A stretch of 64,000 nucleotides of DNA from Takakia lepidozioides. Its lineage: Eukaryota > Plantae > Bryophyta. The stretch spans positions 26,350,001 through 26,414,000 of the forward strand of contig CM060734.1 of the NCBI GenBank assembly GCA_030704615.1, in the 5' to 3' direction. Below are positions 1 to 13,118 of this stretch, in pieces (positions within the stretch are counted from its first letter, which is position 1; every line of letters begins with the position of its first letter). Made by a program: the position numbers and the translations under genes. The notes under the pieces were generated by a model that saw nothing but the letters and a program-made list of their open reading frames with translations, did not search any database and had not been told where the DNA came from.

Positions 1-227
1 ATCCGATAGATTGCTGAAGCAATCTGATACTTAAATACCAACAGTAAGGTAACTAGCTAACATGAATACGGGAAGGAATACAAATAGGAAACACCCCCAT
101 GATACACTAGCTGTAGGTCATGACTAATTGTTCTGAGCGGGCTGGGTGCTTAGAGATTTCCAACTCTTCTATCTTGGAGTTCCCACCTCGGATAGCGAAG
201 GGATGGGTGAGTAAAAACCGCGCGACA
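1..227 (+). repeat. 3' end of an LTR of the gypsy family (A-type), ends ...CGCGACA
   Basis: Reverse complement matches 13729-13955 with about 7 transitions and 1 indel. Followed by GGGAG rather than a PBS, so it is a 3' LTR end. Confidence 0.93.
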
Positions 228-232
228 GGGAG
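228..232. other. Target-site duplication GGGAG (partner CTCCC at 14714-14718)
   Basis: Same 5-mer abuts the outer end of both A-type LTRs when each is read in element orientation. Confidence 0.8.
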
Positions 233-3214
233 CGAGATAGACTCGCCCAATTTCATTCCAATGTAGGTAGTCTTCTACTGACTGCCACTGCAGACAACGA
301 TGGGTTTGCAGTTGTTCATGAGGATGAGCTGGTTACAGTGTTCCCACTGGAATTGGGTTCTCTGCTTGTTCAAAAAGAGGTATATGACGAGGATGGGAAT
401 TTGGATTCTGGACACTTGGAGAAACCATTGGTTGGCGAGTGTGGAAGGAAGTGGAGAGTCCTTCCAGGCACATACCGTGTCCTTGGAAAAGAGAGAAGAC
501 AATCAGCAGGATCAGTCATTACCCCTGGAACTGCAGCATCGGTCGTGCAGCAAAAGGGCACAGTTCATGTGAAACAAGAGGTGAGCACATCCACTACATT
601 CGTGACTCTTTTAGACTCGTCCTCGGAGGATGTTTTTGAGATTCCTCTGCCAGTGCAGACTCCATTCTTGGATGACGACGAATTGCAAGAGATAACGAGT
701 GTCATTCCAAAATTGAAAGCCCTCGCAGGGGTGCCTGGGTGCAAGAGCGAGCTGCGTTTTGTTGATTGGGAGTCCCTTCGTGTGCAGCGGGTTCAATACG
801 TGCCAGCAGAGTTTGATGGGAACATCTTGTTTGAGCTCAACCCTCCCACGTCTTCCAATGGACTGGCTGGGCTTCTGCAGGGCATAGACAATAAACATGA
901 CGGACACCCTTGGTGCAGGACATAAACGTCGAACATCCACAACGACATTGGATTGAAATTTCGAAGGTCGGTTTGCGTTGGGCATTGCAAGTGCCTGAAT
1001 ATTTCTTGCCCTCGGATGAGAAACAGTGCTCAACCAAACGAAAGTGAGTGGGAAGGTGTGCCCCTGAATCCTTTCACCCCAGGACTTGCCCCTCCCAAGA
1101 CCAATACTTTTGTGTGCAGGTTCTGCAAACTTTCCCCGTCCTGTGTTTCTGTGTGCCACGCTCGTATGTACCAGGTGGCACACCAATGCAAGACAATGAC
1201 TCGTGTCTGCATTCATATGGGTGCACACGAGCATCCTGTGTCCAAAGGAAGTTGCAGGGATAGCGTGGACATCGCTAGAAATCTGCTGAAGCAGGAGTTC
1301 CACAATGCCCATTGTGCAACACCTTCTGCTATAGCGCTTGCAGCTAGCAAGGCTTTCCTGGAAAAACACATATTGGGTGAAGGGGATTCGACACAACCAA
1401 TGCTGGATGCAGATTTGCTTGATGCAGTGATAGACCATTTCTCCGTGTTGAGCTCTCCCAATATTCGAAACCAGGTGAATGCACTCAGAATCGGCACAGG
1501 CACTGCTGGATTCATGGACAACATTATGGACCTCAAATGGAGAAGTCGCTATGAATTCATTCAAAACAATATCTTCCCTAGCCAGGGCTCGTCCAAGGTG
1601 TATTTGTTCAAGATGTCCGCAGTGGGCGAAGGCAGTGGTGTGAGCATTGTCCGCCGAATGCAACTTGGAGGAGATTTGGCTAAATGTTGGTTGATGTTTG
1701 ATCACTGCAAACGGATGAAGGGTTGGGCAACCATGGCGTGCCATGTGTATGATCCAGCGTACCAGCGTGTGCTCTCAATAACAATTTGTAATATGCAGTC
1801 GGAGGACACTGAATCCCAGATGCTCATGTGGAATTCGCTCTTGGTCGTCATGCAGCGCAATGGAATACATAACACAAATTTTGCGGGCTTCATGGCTGAT
1901 AGTGCACAGGAAAATTTCAATGCAGTGCGGCGCGTGTTTGGTTCGGGGGATCCTAAGGTCCCAATGGAAAATAGGGAGCGCACATGCCTCTTCCATTGGA
2001 GTCAATCTCTGGCACGTCATACAAAGCGCTGCATTCGCCCTGACCTTCAGTTGGAGCACAGAAGGCTCTATCTCAAGTACAAAAATGCCACCTCAATGGG
2101 AGAAGCTGAGAGCACTTACCAGGCAATCCGGGCTTGGTGGTTCTCCTCTGGTGCTGAGGACTGGTTGGTTTTCTGGCACTTCAGGTATAGATAGTGGGGA
2201 GCTTTCATGACGACGGTAAGCCTCTTCAATCCCAAAAACACAAATTTTGCATCGTGCCTGTTCATTTGGGGTTCTTGGATTGTCGCTTGCAGAACCTCTT
2301 CCATTTCCTTTCGTTCCTCACATTTCCATGCAATGCCTCCTACAGGACATGTCCTTGGAGGACTTGGCCGACATGCCATCCTGTAATTTGGCGGAGACTG
2401 TTCACAACGCCTGGATGCAGCAATCTACCAAAGCAGGTCGTGACTTGTATGTGGCCACTGCTGATGACATGGTGCGGGCACTTACACAACAAACCAGGTA
2501 CCGCAATTTTCTGATGGGACGGGGTGGAGGCAAGGGCCCCGGTACGACTTTGTTGATGCTAAGGGCTGCGAGTAGGTCCAGAGACCCATCGAAGATGGCC
2601 AGAGCTCTGAACAGGTGCACTGAAGGCTCCCATTTGCAATCCAGGCTCCCTCATTTGGAAGGCGAGGAAAGATTTGGATCATGCAAAAGGAAATTGAACA
2701 CTCTTCCAGGGTCAGATGGAGATTCCCATCGCCCAGACAGGGTCAATTTCTCTGTGCCAAAGGTGTCTCCAGTGCAGAGTAAGTCGTGTGCCAGCCCTTC
2801 CCAGGTGGGTCCTCCTCCAGTGGAGCAGGTGCAGAACATGCAAGCATAGCAGCAGGAATCCCACTGGAGGAGGTGGTGGCCATGGTGCAGGAATCTGATT
2901 GCATTGATAGTGAGTGGCATATAGAACACACCCCACCAGGATCTAGAGTTGCTTGCATGGCAATTCGGACCCCCTCTTTCAAGAAATGCAAATCAAAAAT
3001 ATGCAAAGGCTCCAGGGGGACTTCAGCTCCAACATTCACAGGGTTGTTCCGACCTTATCATAGTGGGGAGTCAAAGGACCACAAGTTCTCATTCTGCCCA
3101 GACGATATGGCACGATGCGTCAAGGGAACAGTTCGTCCTTCGGTAATAATGAAACCCCCTCCCCCCACAATTTGGCCTGTGAAACTTGGGACGTCGCTAT
3201 CAACAACCGAGATG
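233..3214 (+). pseudogene. Mutator-like (MULE) DDE transposase with Cys/His-rich N-terminal DNA-binding region, copy 1
   Basis: ORFs 338-925 and 953-2194 are in one frame, separated by TAA. GT-AG intron 2216-2345 joins in phase to the 2247-2849 frame. Motifs: MFDH (D1), FMADS (D2), CLFH (CxxH), NLAETVH (E). C-terminal part is homologous to 58675-59420. Truncated at ~3214. Confidence 0.8.
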
Positions 3215-6200
3215 AGGTGGCACTGAAGGTAAGACCCAATGATCCCCACTAGAATAACTCAGAAAGCGCGATTGCATCTTCTGCTGCTCAATGTGATAAC
3301 GTGCCAGAAAACAAGCAACATAGTATAACCCGCAGCCCATGACAATACTTGCTACCTCCTTGGTCTTGGTATAAATATACCCATGTACAACTTGGAAGGC
3401 AATTAATTCCTTCAACATGGTACTTGCCTCATGCCAGTACCTCGCAAAGTGATGATCCTCAATGGGTCGATTGTTCGGAAGAACCTTAGTCCTAGTTGCC
3501 ACTGGCAGCCAAATGTGCATGATCTGGTAGTAATGTGCCAACGACTGTGGAGGACTAAATTCCTTCCAAGCCAAATCCAACACAATGGGAATTTGGTTGA
3601 AGGGCATAATCATAGCCCGACTATACTCCCGTGCAGCATGAGTTTTAGGTGGGTTAAAAGCAGCATCCCCCCATACCTCAGGCTGTGGTGGCTGTGGTGT
3701 GGCTGTAGTAACAACAGGGTCAGCTACTGTCACAGTGACTTGTTGTGGTGTTGGTGGCACTGGCTCTTGTACCACTGGCATCTCCTGCACCCCATGCGAA
3801 GAAGACTGAAAAGCCAAAGTTCTCGCTTGTAAATAAGAAGCCACCAGATGCTCCTCAGATACAAAGACTCTCTTGTCGATATTTGAAGTGAGGTCCTCCA
3901 CCTGAGTCTGCAGGCCGTCTACATCCTCGTGTAACTCCGCTATCCTACTATAGACATTGTCTATAGTAGTTGTGGCAATGTTCTGCACCTGCAATCTGAG
4001 CTCATTCATCTCGCCTTGGGTGAGCTTCTGTGGTGCTTTGCCTTCCACCGGCCCTTGTGCTAACTAGACCTGCATAAGGTGGTTATCCACCAAGTTGCTT
4101 GTGGTACCCCTGAGAGTCTGCTCTTCTGTGAGCCTGTACACATCTATCTGCTGCTATAAAGCCTCCATGCGCTTTGCATGAGGTTCAACCAAACTCGCAT
4201 ATGCAGCAGCCAGATTATTGGCTTCCTTCCAAGCCTTGTTAGCCACAGAGAGTTCATTTCTATTGGACATGAGCGTTTGTTGCAATTCCAGGATGTACCT
4301 CTCTTGGTCAGCTTCAACCTGCCTGTATTGCTTGAAAGTATTCTCGTTGCGAGAGATTATATTCTTCATATCAATAATGAGTTTCGTCTGCTCGAGATTA
4401 TCAGCCTGTGCCTTCATACATTTTTCCGCTTGGTTGTTAACTTCTAATGTAGTTTGCTCAAGCGTAGTTTGTGAGTGTAGCACATTGTATGGCCATCCTA
4501 TCATGCACTGTCTGCAACTCCGTATGTAGTGCATTCACTTCTTGCAACTTGCTTTCATGCTTCACCTTCATTTGGTATAGCTGTTGCTTATGTGCTTCGT
4601 GCAACTAGTCTTGCGCGAGGCCTGCCTCAATCAATTGTTCCTTGGCCAATTGCAAAGCAGCTTTTGTACTCTCTAAGTCTTGCTATATCTTGAGAGTGAC
4701 CTCCTCATCGACCTTGTTTGCACACTTAGTGGCAAGTCGAGCCTCAAACTCCTTCCTCCTCAAAGCTGTTAATTGGGTAGTTGGAACATGAGATTTGACA
4801 TAAGTGCCCAACAAATTAAGTGTCCTGCTTATGGAACTCATAAGCATGGCCTGTTGAGGGTCATCATGGTGAGCTTGCTGCTGTTCTCGCTGATCCTCAA
4901 CAGTGTGATGCCTCACGAACCATTCAGGCCATTGCCCCACCAGATTTTCTTCCTGAACCACCTCATCCGCTACAGGTGCTGCAGTGTCTTGACATTCTAC
5001 CTGTGGTACCTCCGTCAGAGGTGTAGGTATTACAACAACAACAGGGTTTGCCCTAGACAACCGCTGTACCTCCGGAATCATTGTTTCCCTGACCAAGCTA
5101 GAATTTTCATAGAGAAGGTCCCCCTTCTCAATTTCTGCCACCACCTGTTCTGTAGTGGGGATATCTAACCCTTCTTTCTCCAAATCAATTATTTGTGGTG
5201 GAACTGCATGGACAACTTGTGGTAACTCTGTGACAAGCCGATCATCTGGCTGTGATGGCTGTGATACTGAAGTAACTTCCTCTTCCCTCTCTGAAGGCCC
5301 TGCTTCCAATAATAGCAGCTCTCTGTGCTGATGTGCCCCTTCCTGCACAAGAGCTTGGGAAACATTATCATGCGGTTTTCGTGAAGATAGTGGATCCGCC
5401 ACTATAGTCTTTCCCCGCCTCTGTCTCTTAGACTGGGGTTGCCCTGCCAGTCCACCCTCACTGTGTGAAGAGCCTTGCTCTTCCATTGCAGTGGTTTCGG
5501 CCTCAAGCACTCCCATCTCTTTCCTTTCTCTCGCATCAAGTATGCACGAGTCTAGAATAATTTGTGCAATGATTGGCCCAGACACTATGATAGGAGACTT
5601 TGCGGCAGTGCCTTGTAATCTCTTCATCTCCTCTACCAGTCCGTTGTACATTATGTCCGCCCAAGCGACCTCTTCTCCTCTCAGGGCTTTGAGTATTTCC
5701 TCTGTGAAGGATCTGCTCAAATACTGTTGGTTCTGTTTCATGGCAAACAGAACGTTCAATACCTGGCCTACCTCTCTTAGCCCTGGGTACATGGCCTTGG
5801 TACAAGCATAACCCTGAGTTTTAAAGAAACTCCCTTCTTGGAATAAGTCCCCTATTTGCAGTCTTGCCCTGTGCTCCTCCACATGCACCTGACCTAATGG
5901 CAATTCAAACAATTGTTGTAGGTATAGGGGAGTAATTTCTAATTCAACTCCCTTCACCGTTGTTGCTCCTATCCTAGGCTCAAAGTTCTGCAAGAATTGT
6001 AACATGTACTACCTATGGTGCAATGTCCAATCTTTGCTTTGCAATCCTTCCAATCGCAGCTCCTTCAGTAACTGTACCGCCTGTGGAGTAGCAATCGTTT
6101 GTTTCTACAGGATTGTGGTGCTCTTCACCCTGATTTCTTCCATTCCTCTCACTCTCTTCATTCTAGACCCACAAAAAGGTTTTGGCTGTAACAATTGAAG

Positions 6201-6836
6201 AAATGCCTGCACGGCACAAAGCATAAACGTATGGTTGCCACAAAATGCTATGGGTAAATTTTTTTGTAAGCCTGCGGGGCTTGCAAGCATCGATTAATAG
6301 ATACTCTCTGTTCTTCTATCCCTGTGCCACTGCGTAAGTAGTATCGCGAGCGTATAGTCTGTTAGTTCTTCCATAGCTTCAAAGCTATAGCATTGATGGT
6401 CTGTCCTGTCGAGACGCCCGTTACTTGGAACGACGCCGACTCTTGCGCTTAAAATCCCTCCAATTTCTTGATCCTGCTTCTGGCTTATGATGGGCTGTAA
6501 CTGCTGTGACTGGATTTTAGATTTAATTTCCTTCCATGGATTTTCCACTCTGGACTGTCCACTAGGATAGCACATGTGACATGGATTTCGCTTTTCGGTA
6601 CTTTTAAAGGGTTCCGTTACCCTTTCCCTGTATGCATTAATGGGCCCATAATAAGTCAATGTGTCGGGTAGGTACTTTGACGGCCAATTTTGTCTTCTTC
6701 CTTGATGACACTCGCCTTTGCAATCCATGTCCGGCTGTGTGTCTCGCCTTGGCGTCCACGTGTCCATTTCTAAACGTGCCTCCGTCCACTTTTCCGCCGG
6801 CCACTGTCCGGATGTTAACCCACGTCCACCTGTCAC
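3212..6836 (-). pseudogene. Extra post-pol ORF of element A (fragmented)
   Basis: ORFs 6294-6836, 6105-6290, 4683-6005, 4154-4534 and 3200-4048 align collinearly with the 1393-aa ORF at 27771-31952. Confidence 0.9.
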
Positions 6837-6839
6837 GGA

Positions 6840-9800
6840 TTATATGGACTGTGTAACCCCAGTAAGCTGTGTTGAGCTGTGACAAGCTGTGTCATACTGT
6901 GGTACGCTGTGATAGGCTGTGTGGCATTGTGGTAAGTTGTGATAGGCTGTGACACGTTGTGGTAGGTTGTGATAGGCTGTGTGACACCGTGATGGGCTGT
7001 GATAGGCTGTGCCACACTGTGATGGGCTGTGATAGGCTGTGTCGCGCCTGTACTGCCCGCCCTGGTCATATATGCTCGTCCTAGCGACAAGTGCTCCATA
7101 CTCCATTGGTATCACTGGCGCAGCCCGTGACTGCTTCTGCGTTTCAACATGCAAATCATGCTGCAATGGTTTGTCATGGATACCACTGTACCCCTTCAAC
7201 TTATTGGCGTTGACTCTTCCCAGCATCTCTTTGTTAATGGTTTGTAACATGGTGGTGTTGTTATCATACATCTTTTGTATGACATAAGGTCCTTTCCATG
7301 GTGATTTAAGCTTAGAAGCTTTAATCTTTCCCTTCTTCTGCAACCAGAGAACCAAATCTCCCGTCTTAAAAGTCTTTAACTTGCCTTCATCAAACTGTTC
7401 CTTTCTCTTCATCTGAATTCTGGTCATGTTATCAGCTGCATCAGCACGTACTTCTTCCACATAATATAATTCATGTTTTCTGACCTTAATTGAATCTTGC
7501 AATTCCATTCTCTTTCCCCATTCCGTTCTCATGGTAGGTAACAGGAATTCCACTGGAAGTAAAGCTTCCATACCATAAACTAATTGGAATGGTGTATACT
7601 TAGTAGTGACTTTATATGAAGTCCTGTATGACCACAAAGCTGTCAGCAGCTTTGTATCCCAATCCGTTCTGTGTGCATTGACTATCTTAGCCAAGATAGT
7701 ACATAGTATTTTGTTGGTAGCCTCTGCCTGCCCATTACCCTGTGGGTAATATGTTGTACTCTTCCTATGCACAATCATGAACTCTTTAGTCAATAGTTCA
7801 ATGGTCTCATTAATGAAGTGACTTCCCTGATCACTGATAAATTCCAAGGGACAGCCAAATCGTGTAAGTATGTTCTCATACATGAACCTTGTTGTGGACT
7901 TGGTTGTGTTGTCCCTCAAAGCTTTAGCTTCCACCCACTTCGTAGTATAATCAGTGGCTGTAATTATGTACCTGTTCTGTGTATTCTTGGCTGGTGGGTT
8001 AATTGGTCCAACAAAGTCTAGTCCCCATTTCTGAAATGGTTCAGTAGGCATTGTAGGATGCAAAGCCATCTTCCCAGATCTCTGCAAAGGTCCTAGCCTC
8101 TGACATTCATCACAACTCTGACAATACTTGTGTACATCTTTGAACAAAGTAGGCCACCAGTAACCTGCAAGTAATATCTTCTTACTGGTAGTCTCTTCTC
8201 CAAAATGACCTCCTGCCACTCCTTTATGATTTTCCTCCAAAACTTTATTAACTTCATGGTGGTATAAGCATTGCTTCAGCACTCCATCTGGTCCTAGCTT
8301 ATACATTCTGCTCCCTACCATAGTGTAAGGTAGAACCTTGATAGCAATTCTCTTTCTCTGCTCCTTTCCATAACTTGGTGGGCACTGACCATGAGCAAGG
8401 TAGTATCTGATTGGCCACTGCCAATCTAACCAGTCATCTGCACTTCCCTGCACCTCCACTGCAAATAGACTCGCATCTGGTAATTGACCATCTACTCCCG
8501 TGGCTGGTTCTCCTGTTGATAACCGTGACAAGTGATCCGCCACAAGATGCAGCCTCCCAGGCTTGTAAACAACCTCGAACTCAAACTCGTGCAAGATTAT
8601 CAACCATCTTGCTATTCTTCCGCTTATCAGAGGTTTGTTTACCAGGTATATCAGAGCCTGGTGATCCACATAAAACATAAACTTCTTGCCCAACAGGTAA
8701 TGCCTGAATTTCTTCACTGCATAGATCATTGCCAATGCTTCTCTTTCCGTTGTGCTATAATTTCCTTCAGCATTGTTCATCAATCGGCTAGCATAGTACA
8801 CAGGTGAATCTATCCTTCTTGTAACATTTTGGGCTAACACTGCTCCCATTGCTTCTCCTGAAGCATCACAGTGAACATGAAATATTTCGCGCTCATGCTG
8901 GAAGCACTCCGCTCATAAGTACCAATGTCCGCTCATGACTTGGAGCCCAGGCTCATGACTTGGTGCTGCTATCTGTGCATATCGTCTGACAAATCTTCTG
9001 TAATAGCTGGTTTGTCCCAGGAATCTCCTTAGACTCTTAGCATTTACTGGGGGTGGAGAGGCTTTAATGGCCTCTGTCTTTCTGGGATCCACATGAAGTC
9101 CCTTCTTGCACACAATGTGTCCCAACAGCACCCTTGAGTTCACACAGAAAGTACATTTATCTGGATTCAGGCCCAGATCTCTCATTCTGCATCTGGCCAG
9201 ACATAACTCCAATTTATGCAAGTGCTCATTCTTAGAGCTGTACACACTGAAATCATCCAAGAACACCTGCATGAAATCATCCAGATACTCATGAAAAGAT
9301 TCACTTATCACTCTCTGAAAGGTTGCTGGTGCATTACAAAGTCCAAAGGGCATGACTTTGTATGCATAAGCACCCCAGTATGTGATGAAAGCTGTCTTTC
9401 CCTGGTCTTCTTCTGCCACTTGCACTTGATTATAACCACTGAAGCCATCCATGAATGAGTACATCTCATGGCCTGCCACAGTGTCCAATACTGCTTCTTT
9501 GAATGGTAAAGGGAAAGGATCTTTCTTCGTACAAGCATTTAGCTTCTTGTAGTTCATACAAACTCTTAGTTACCCATTCTTCTTAGGAACTAACACAATG
9601 GGTGACAACCAAGTCGTATACTCTATCGGGTATATAAACTTAGCCTCAGCCAACTTCTTGATCTCTTCTCCAACCTTCTGTGCATAGTTGGGATTCATTT
9701 TGTACCTTGCCTGCTTGATTGGTACTGACCCTGGTTCCAGTTCAATCTTATGCTGACAGATTTCAGGTGGTATCCCTTTTAGATCCTCGTAGCTCCAAGC

Positions 9801-10640
9801 AAATACATCTCTGTATTTGATGAACAAACTCTTAGCTTCTTCAAAGAATTCTGGCTCCAAATCAGCTCCTACCTTCACCATCCTCGGTTCCTCTTCAGTT
9901 CCCACATTCACTTCCCTCACTTCCTCATCAGCTGTGATTGTCCAACCAGTCACCACTTCCTCCTGTAAACTCACAGTGGCTGGTTCCTCTAGGATTTCCA
10001 TTTCTCCTTCTCTTTTTTCATAGAAATGTGATGGGTAACTGCTGGTTTCCTCTTCAATTGGTGTTGCTGACACTACACCACAACAGATACCTCTTAAACA
10101 ACTAAGGCCTTCCAGCCGCATCTATGCAACCTGCTCCCACTCTGGGTGTGCAGCGAACAGGGTAGCTTCCTGCTCCTCATCCAATCCTCCCCTCCAGTCA
10201 TACTCTCTGACCCCTCGAGGTCTTCTCGTAGCAGGTAATCTACTAGATTTCTTTGTGGTAATTTGTATCTTGTGTATCCCATTATGCACGGTTAGTAACT
10301 GAGAATTCCAGTCATGGAATACCCTGGCCTGTTTCAGCCACGGACGTCCCAATAATAAGGAGTAAGCCTCCATGACTTCATCCATCTTCAACACAGTTAT
10401 TGTGATCATAAAGATCATCTTCTGTATCTGTATCTTAACTCCTCTTATCAATCCCAATGGCTGTACACTTCTTTGATCTGCCATTGTTACTGTAAATGGG
10501 GCTGGTTTCATGTTACTTAGACCAAGCTTCTTCCTTAATTGGTCTGTCATGATATTTACTCCAGAGCCTCCATCTATCAGTCAGTTAGTTCTGTGCTTCC
10601 AATTCTCAATTGGATTACTGGCATAGAATCATCAAAGTCC
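6840..10640 (-). pseudogene. pol: pol of element A: protease, RT, RNase H, integrase (disrupted)
   Basis: RT MDGFSGYNQ...FLDD, RH YYASR...EREALA, integrase GGHFG...CDECQR, GLDFVGP, SDQG, GQAE. Several frameshifts and stops. Confidence 0.95.
6862..7045. repeat. CTGTG/GATAGGCTGTG minisatellite after integrase
   Basis: ~30-bp units. Equivalent tracts at ~32010-32270 and ~43040-43190. Confidence 0.85.
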
Positions 10641-13118
10641 ATGACTGTTTCTCGCCCTTCCGGCTTCACATTATAACTGGTCACCTTGCTGTTCAGGTCT
10701 GTGTTTCCTGTCTCCTGGGCAATTCGATTGATTGCTTGATACAGCCTGTGTCTACAATAAGGTGCCACAGCCAATAGCTGTCCAATGGTAATCTCTGCTT
10801 TGGTCTGGCATATTACTTCAGCCAAAGTCCCTTCATTACTTTGCATGTCTGCAACTTCATTCTTCCTTTCATCCTCATTCACTTCTTCTTCTCCATCAGA
10901 ATCAGAGGAATCTGCCACAGGAATATCAGTACTCTTCTGCATTTCCCTTATGGTATCTGCCACTTCCTTGTGCAGTTCCTTCTCATCTCTCCAAGCCTCA
11001 TCATCTTCAGGCATATCACTGCCATCTTCATTATCATCATCTTCCTCAACTACTGGAGGTATTAGTTTGGCTTTGCTTCTTGTTAATATCATTGTACTTA
11101 CTTCTGGTACAACACATGGCCTAACCATGTGAGCCGCCACCACTGGGCCCTCATTCACAGGAGCTCTCATCTCATTCTGGTGTCTAATCCAGAATGAACA
11201 GGCTGCCTTGCGATGTCCTGGCTGATTACAATAGTAACACAGTTCTTCACCATTGGGTCCTCGCCCTTGGTTTGCTCTTGGATTATTTCTGTAATCCTGA
11301 TTCCCTGGCTGGTAATTCCCCCTTGGATTACCCTGATAGTTGCCTCTGGAATTTCCTTGGTAATTCCCTCTTGAATTACCTCTCCCTTCCATGCCATTGT
11401 TATAACCACTAGGCATACCATAGTGGTCCTGATCATTGTTTCTTCTTGGCTGGGATTGCACTTGATGCACCCTTACTTGCCTAGGTTCTCTTGCAGCTGT
11501 CCTTCTGTTGTAGTAACAATTCTCAGTAGAATGGTTATCCATCTTACAGATAGTACAGTGTTTCTCCTTCATGTGGCATTCAGTGGTGGTATGGCCTTCA
11601 TTCTGGCACTTTGCACACCAAACACCTTTCCTCCAATGTGTTGCAGCCTCTGTGGCATACTTCTTCAAGATTTCTTCTAATCTTTTCTCATAGTTATCCC
11701 TCTTCAACTTTCCTTTCTCTTACTCTTCCTTTTCAGTTCTTGCTCTTCTTCTTCATCTGACTCATCCTCAGAGTCCTCATCATCCCTTTTCTCTCTCCTG
11801 AGCATTCCCAATTGCTCAATTATGTTTGCTGTTTCAAATGCCTCCTCCACTGTATTATGGGGTAACATATCCACTTTCTTTTGCAACTCTGGTCTTAGTC
11901 CACTCACAAACCAAGTCTTCTGTAAACCTGGTGCTGGTATAGCAGCCAGCTTTTTCATCATCAATTCCATCTTTTCCATATACTCCTCAACAATTTCGTG
12001 CTTCTTTTGCTTTAACTGTTGTAAACTTCCATACACTTTATCCTCATTTTACTTGTCCTGAACCTATTTCGGAATGTTGTATTCAAGCCATTCCAGGTTA
12101 GGAAATGATTATCAGGGAATCTTGCATACCATTCACTTGCTTTCTTGATAAGTGAACAAGGAAACAATCTCATCTTGGCATCATCGCCATTCTCATTGTT
12201 CACTATGCACATGTGCTCAAATTGGCTAATGTGTACATCGGGATCCCCTTTTCCTGAATATATTGGAAAAGATGGTTGTAACGCCATCTGTGGCCCTACC
12301 TTCTGCCCACTGACAGGTGCTGGCACCCTTGCTGGTGCTGGTCCTTCTGGACCTGTTGTTTTTGTGGTGGATCTTCCACCAAGTGGTGGCCCTTGAGCAC
12401 TCCCTGCTTCTGGCCCCACGATATTCACAGTATTCCCAGCTTCAGTTGCACTACTTCCACACACTCCCTGTCCCCCCAGAGCCAGATCCAGGCAGCCCGC
12501 CTGATCCCCCTGAGCCGACACCTTCGTTGGCCTGTGATCTAAGTGCTCCACTTGATCCAGGTCCAACGGTTGGGATGTCCTGGTTGTAGTCTCAACCTCA
12601 GCTGTTGGGTCTACTTCTTCATATTCTTCCTCTTCCAATTTCTTCTCTCCGTTTTCATCCTCCAAGTTCTGCCCTTGGGTTTCTTCTTCACTCATGTAAC
12701 TCAACTGTAATGGTGTTGGAGAGTCTGAACTCTCCGTTGGCTCTGCCACATCCTCATCTCCTTCTTCATCTTCTGCTTCAGAAACTGGAGTTCCTGCTTT
12801 TGGTGTTCCATGCCAACTCTTATCAAAGATTTCTGTCAAGTCTTTTATCCAAGGATGTACCTCAGATCTTTCACCTCGTGATTGATCTTCTTCCTGTACC
12901 AATTCCCTTAATCTTTCTTGCAAAGAAACAGAAGGAGTGGCATCCAACTCTAGTTCTTCCGGTATAGGTGATGCACTTTTTGATCTTGATGGTGTGAGAG
13001 GTCCAGATGATTCCCCTATGTCTATTCCTCTCTCCAAAGATATGGATAATTAGCTTTCAGATAGCTTTCTCTTTTTTGATGAATATCTTTGTCGTCTAGC
13101 TTCTCTTTCATCACTCAT
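10577..13118 (-). pseudogene. gag: gag of element A with three CCHC knuckles
   Basis: Retrotrans_gag-like DPDVHISQF...LFPCSL...WY. Knuckles CAKCQNEGHTTTEC, CTICKMDNHSTENC, CYYCNQPGHRKAAC. Frameshifted. Confidence 0.9.

Noticed and set aside
611-1744. 377-aa minus-strand ORF
   Set aside because: Antisense shadow of the transposase. The same applies to many short ORFs opposite gag-pol.
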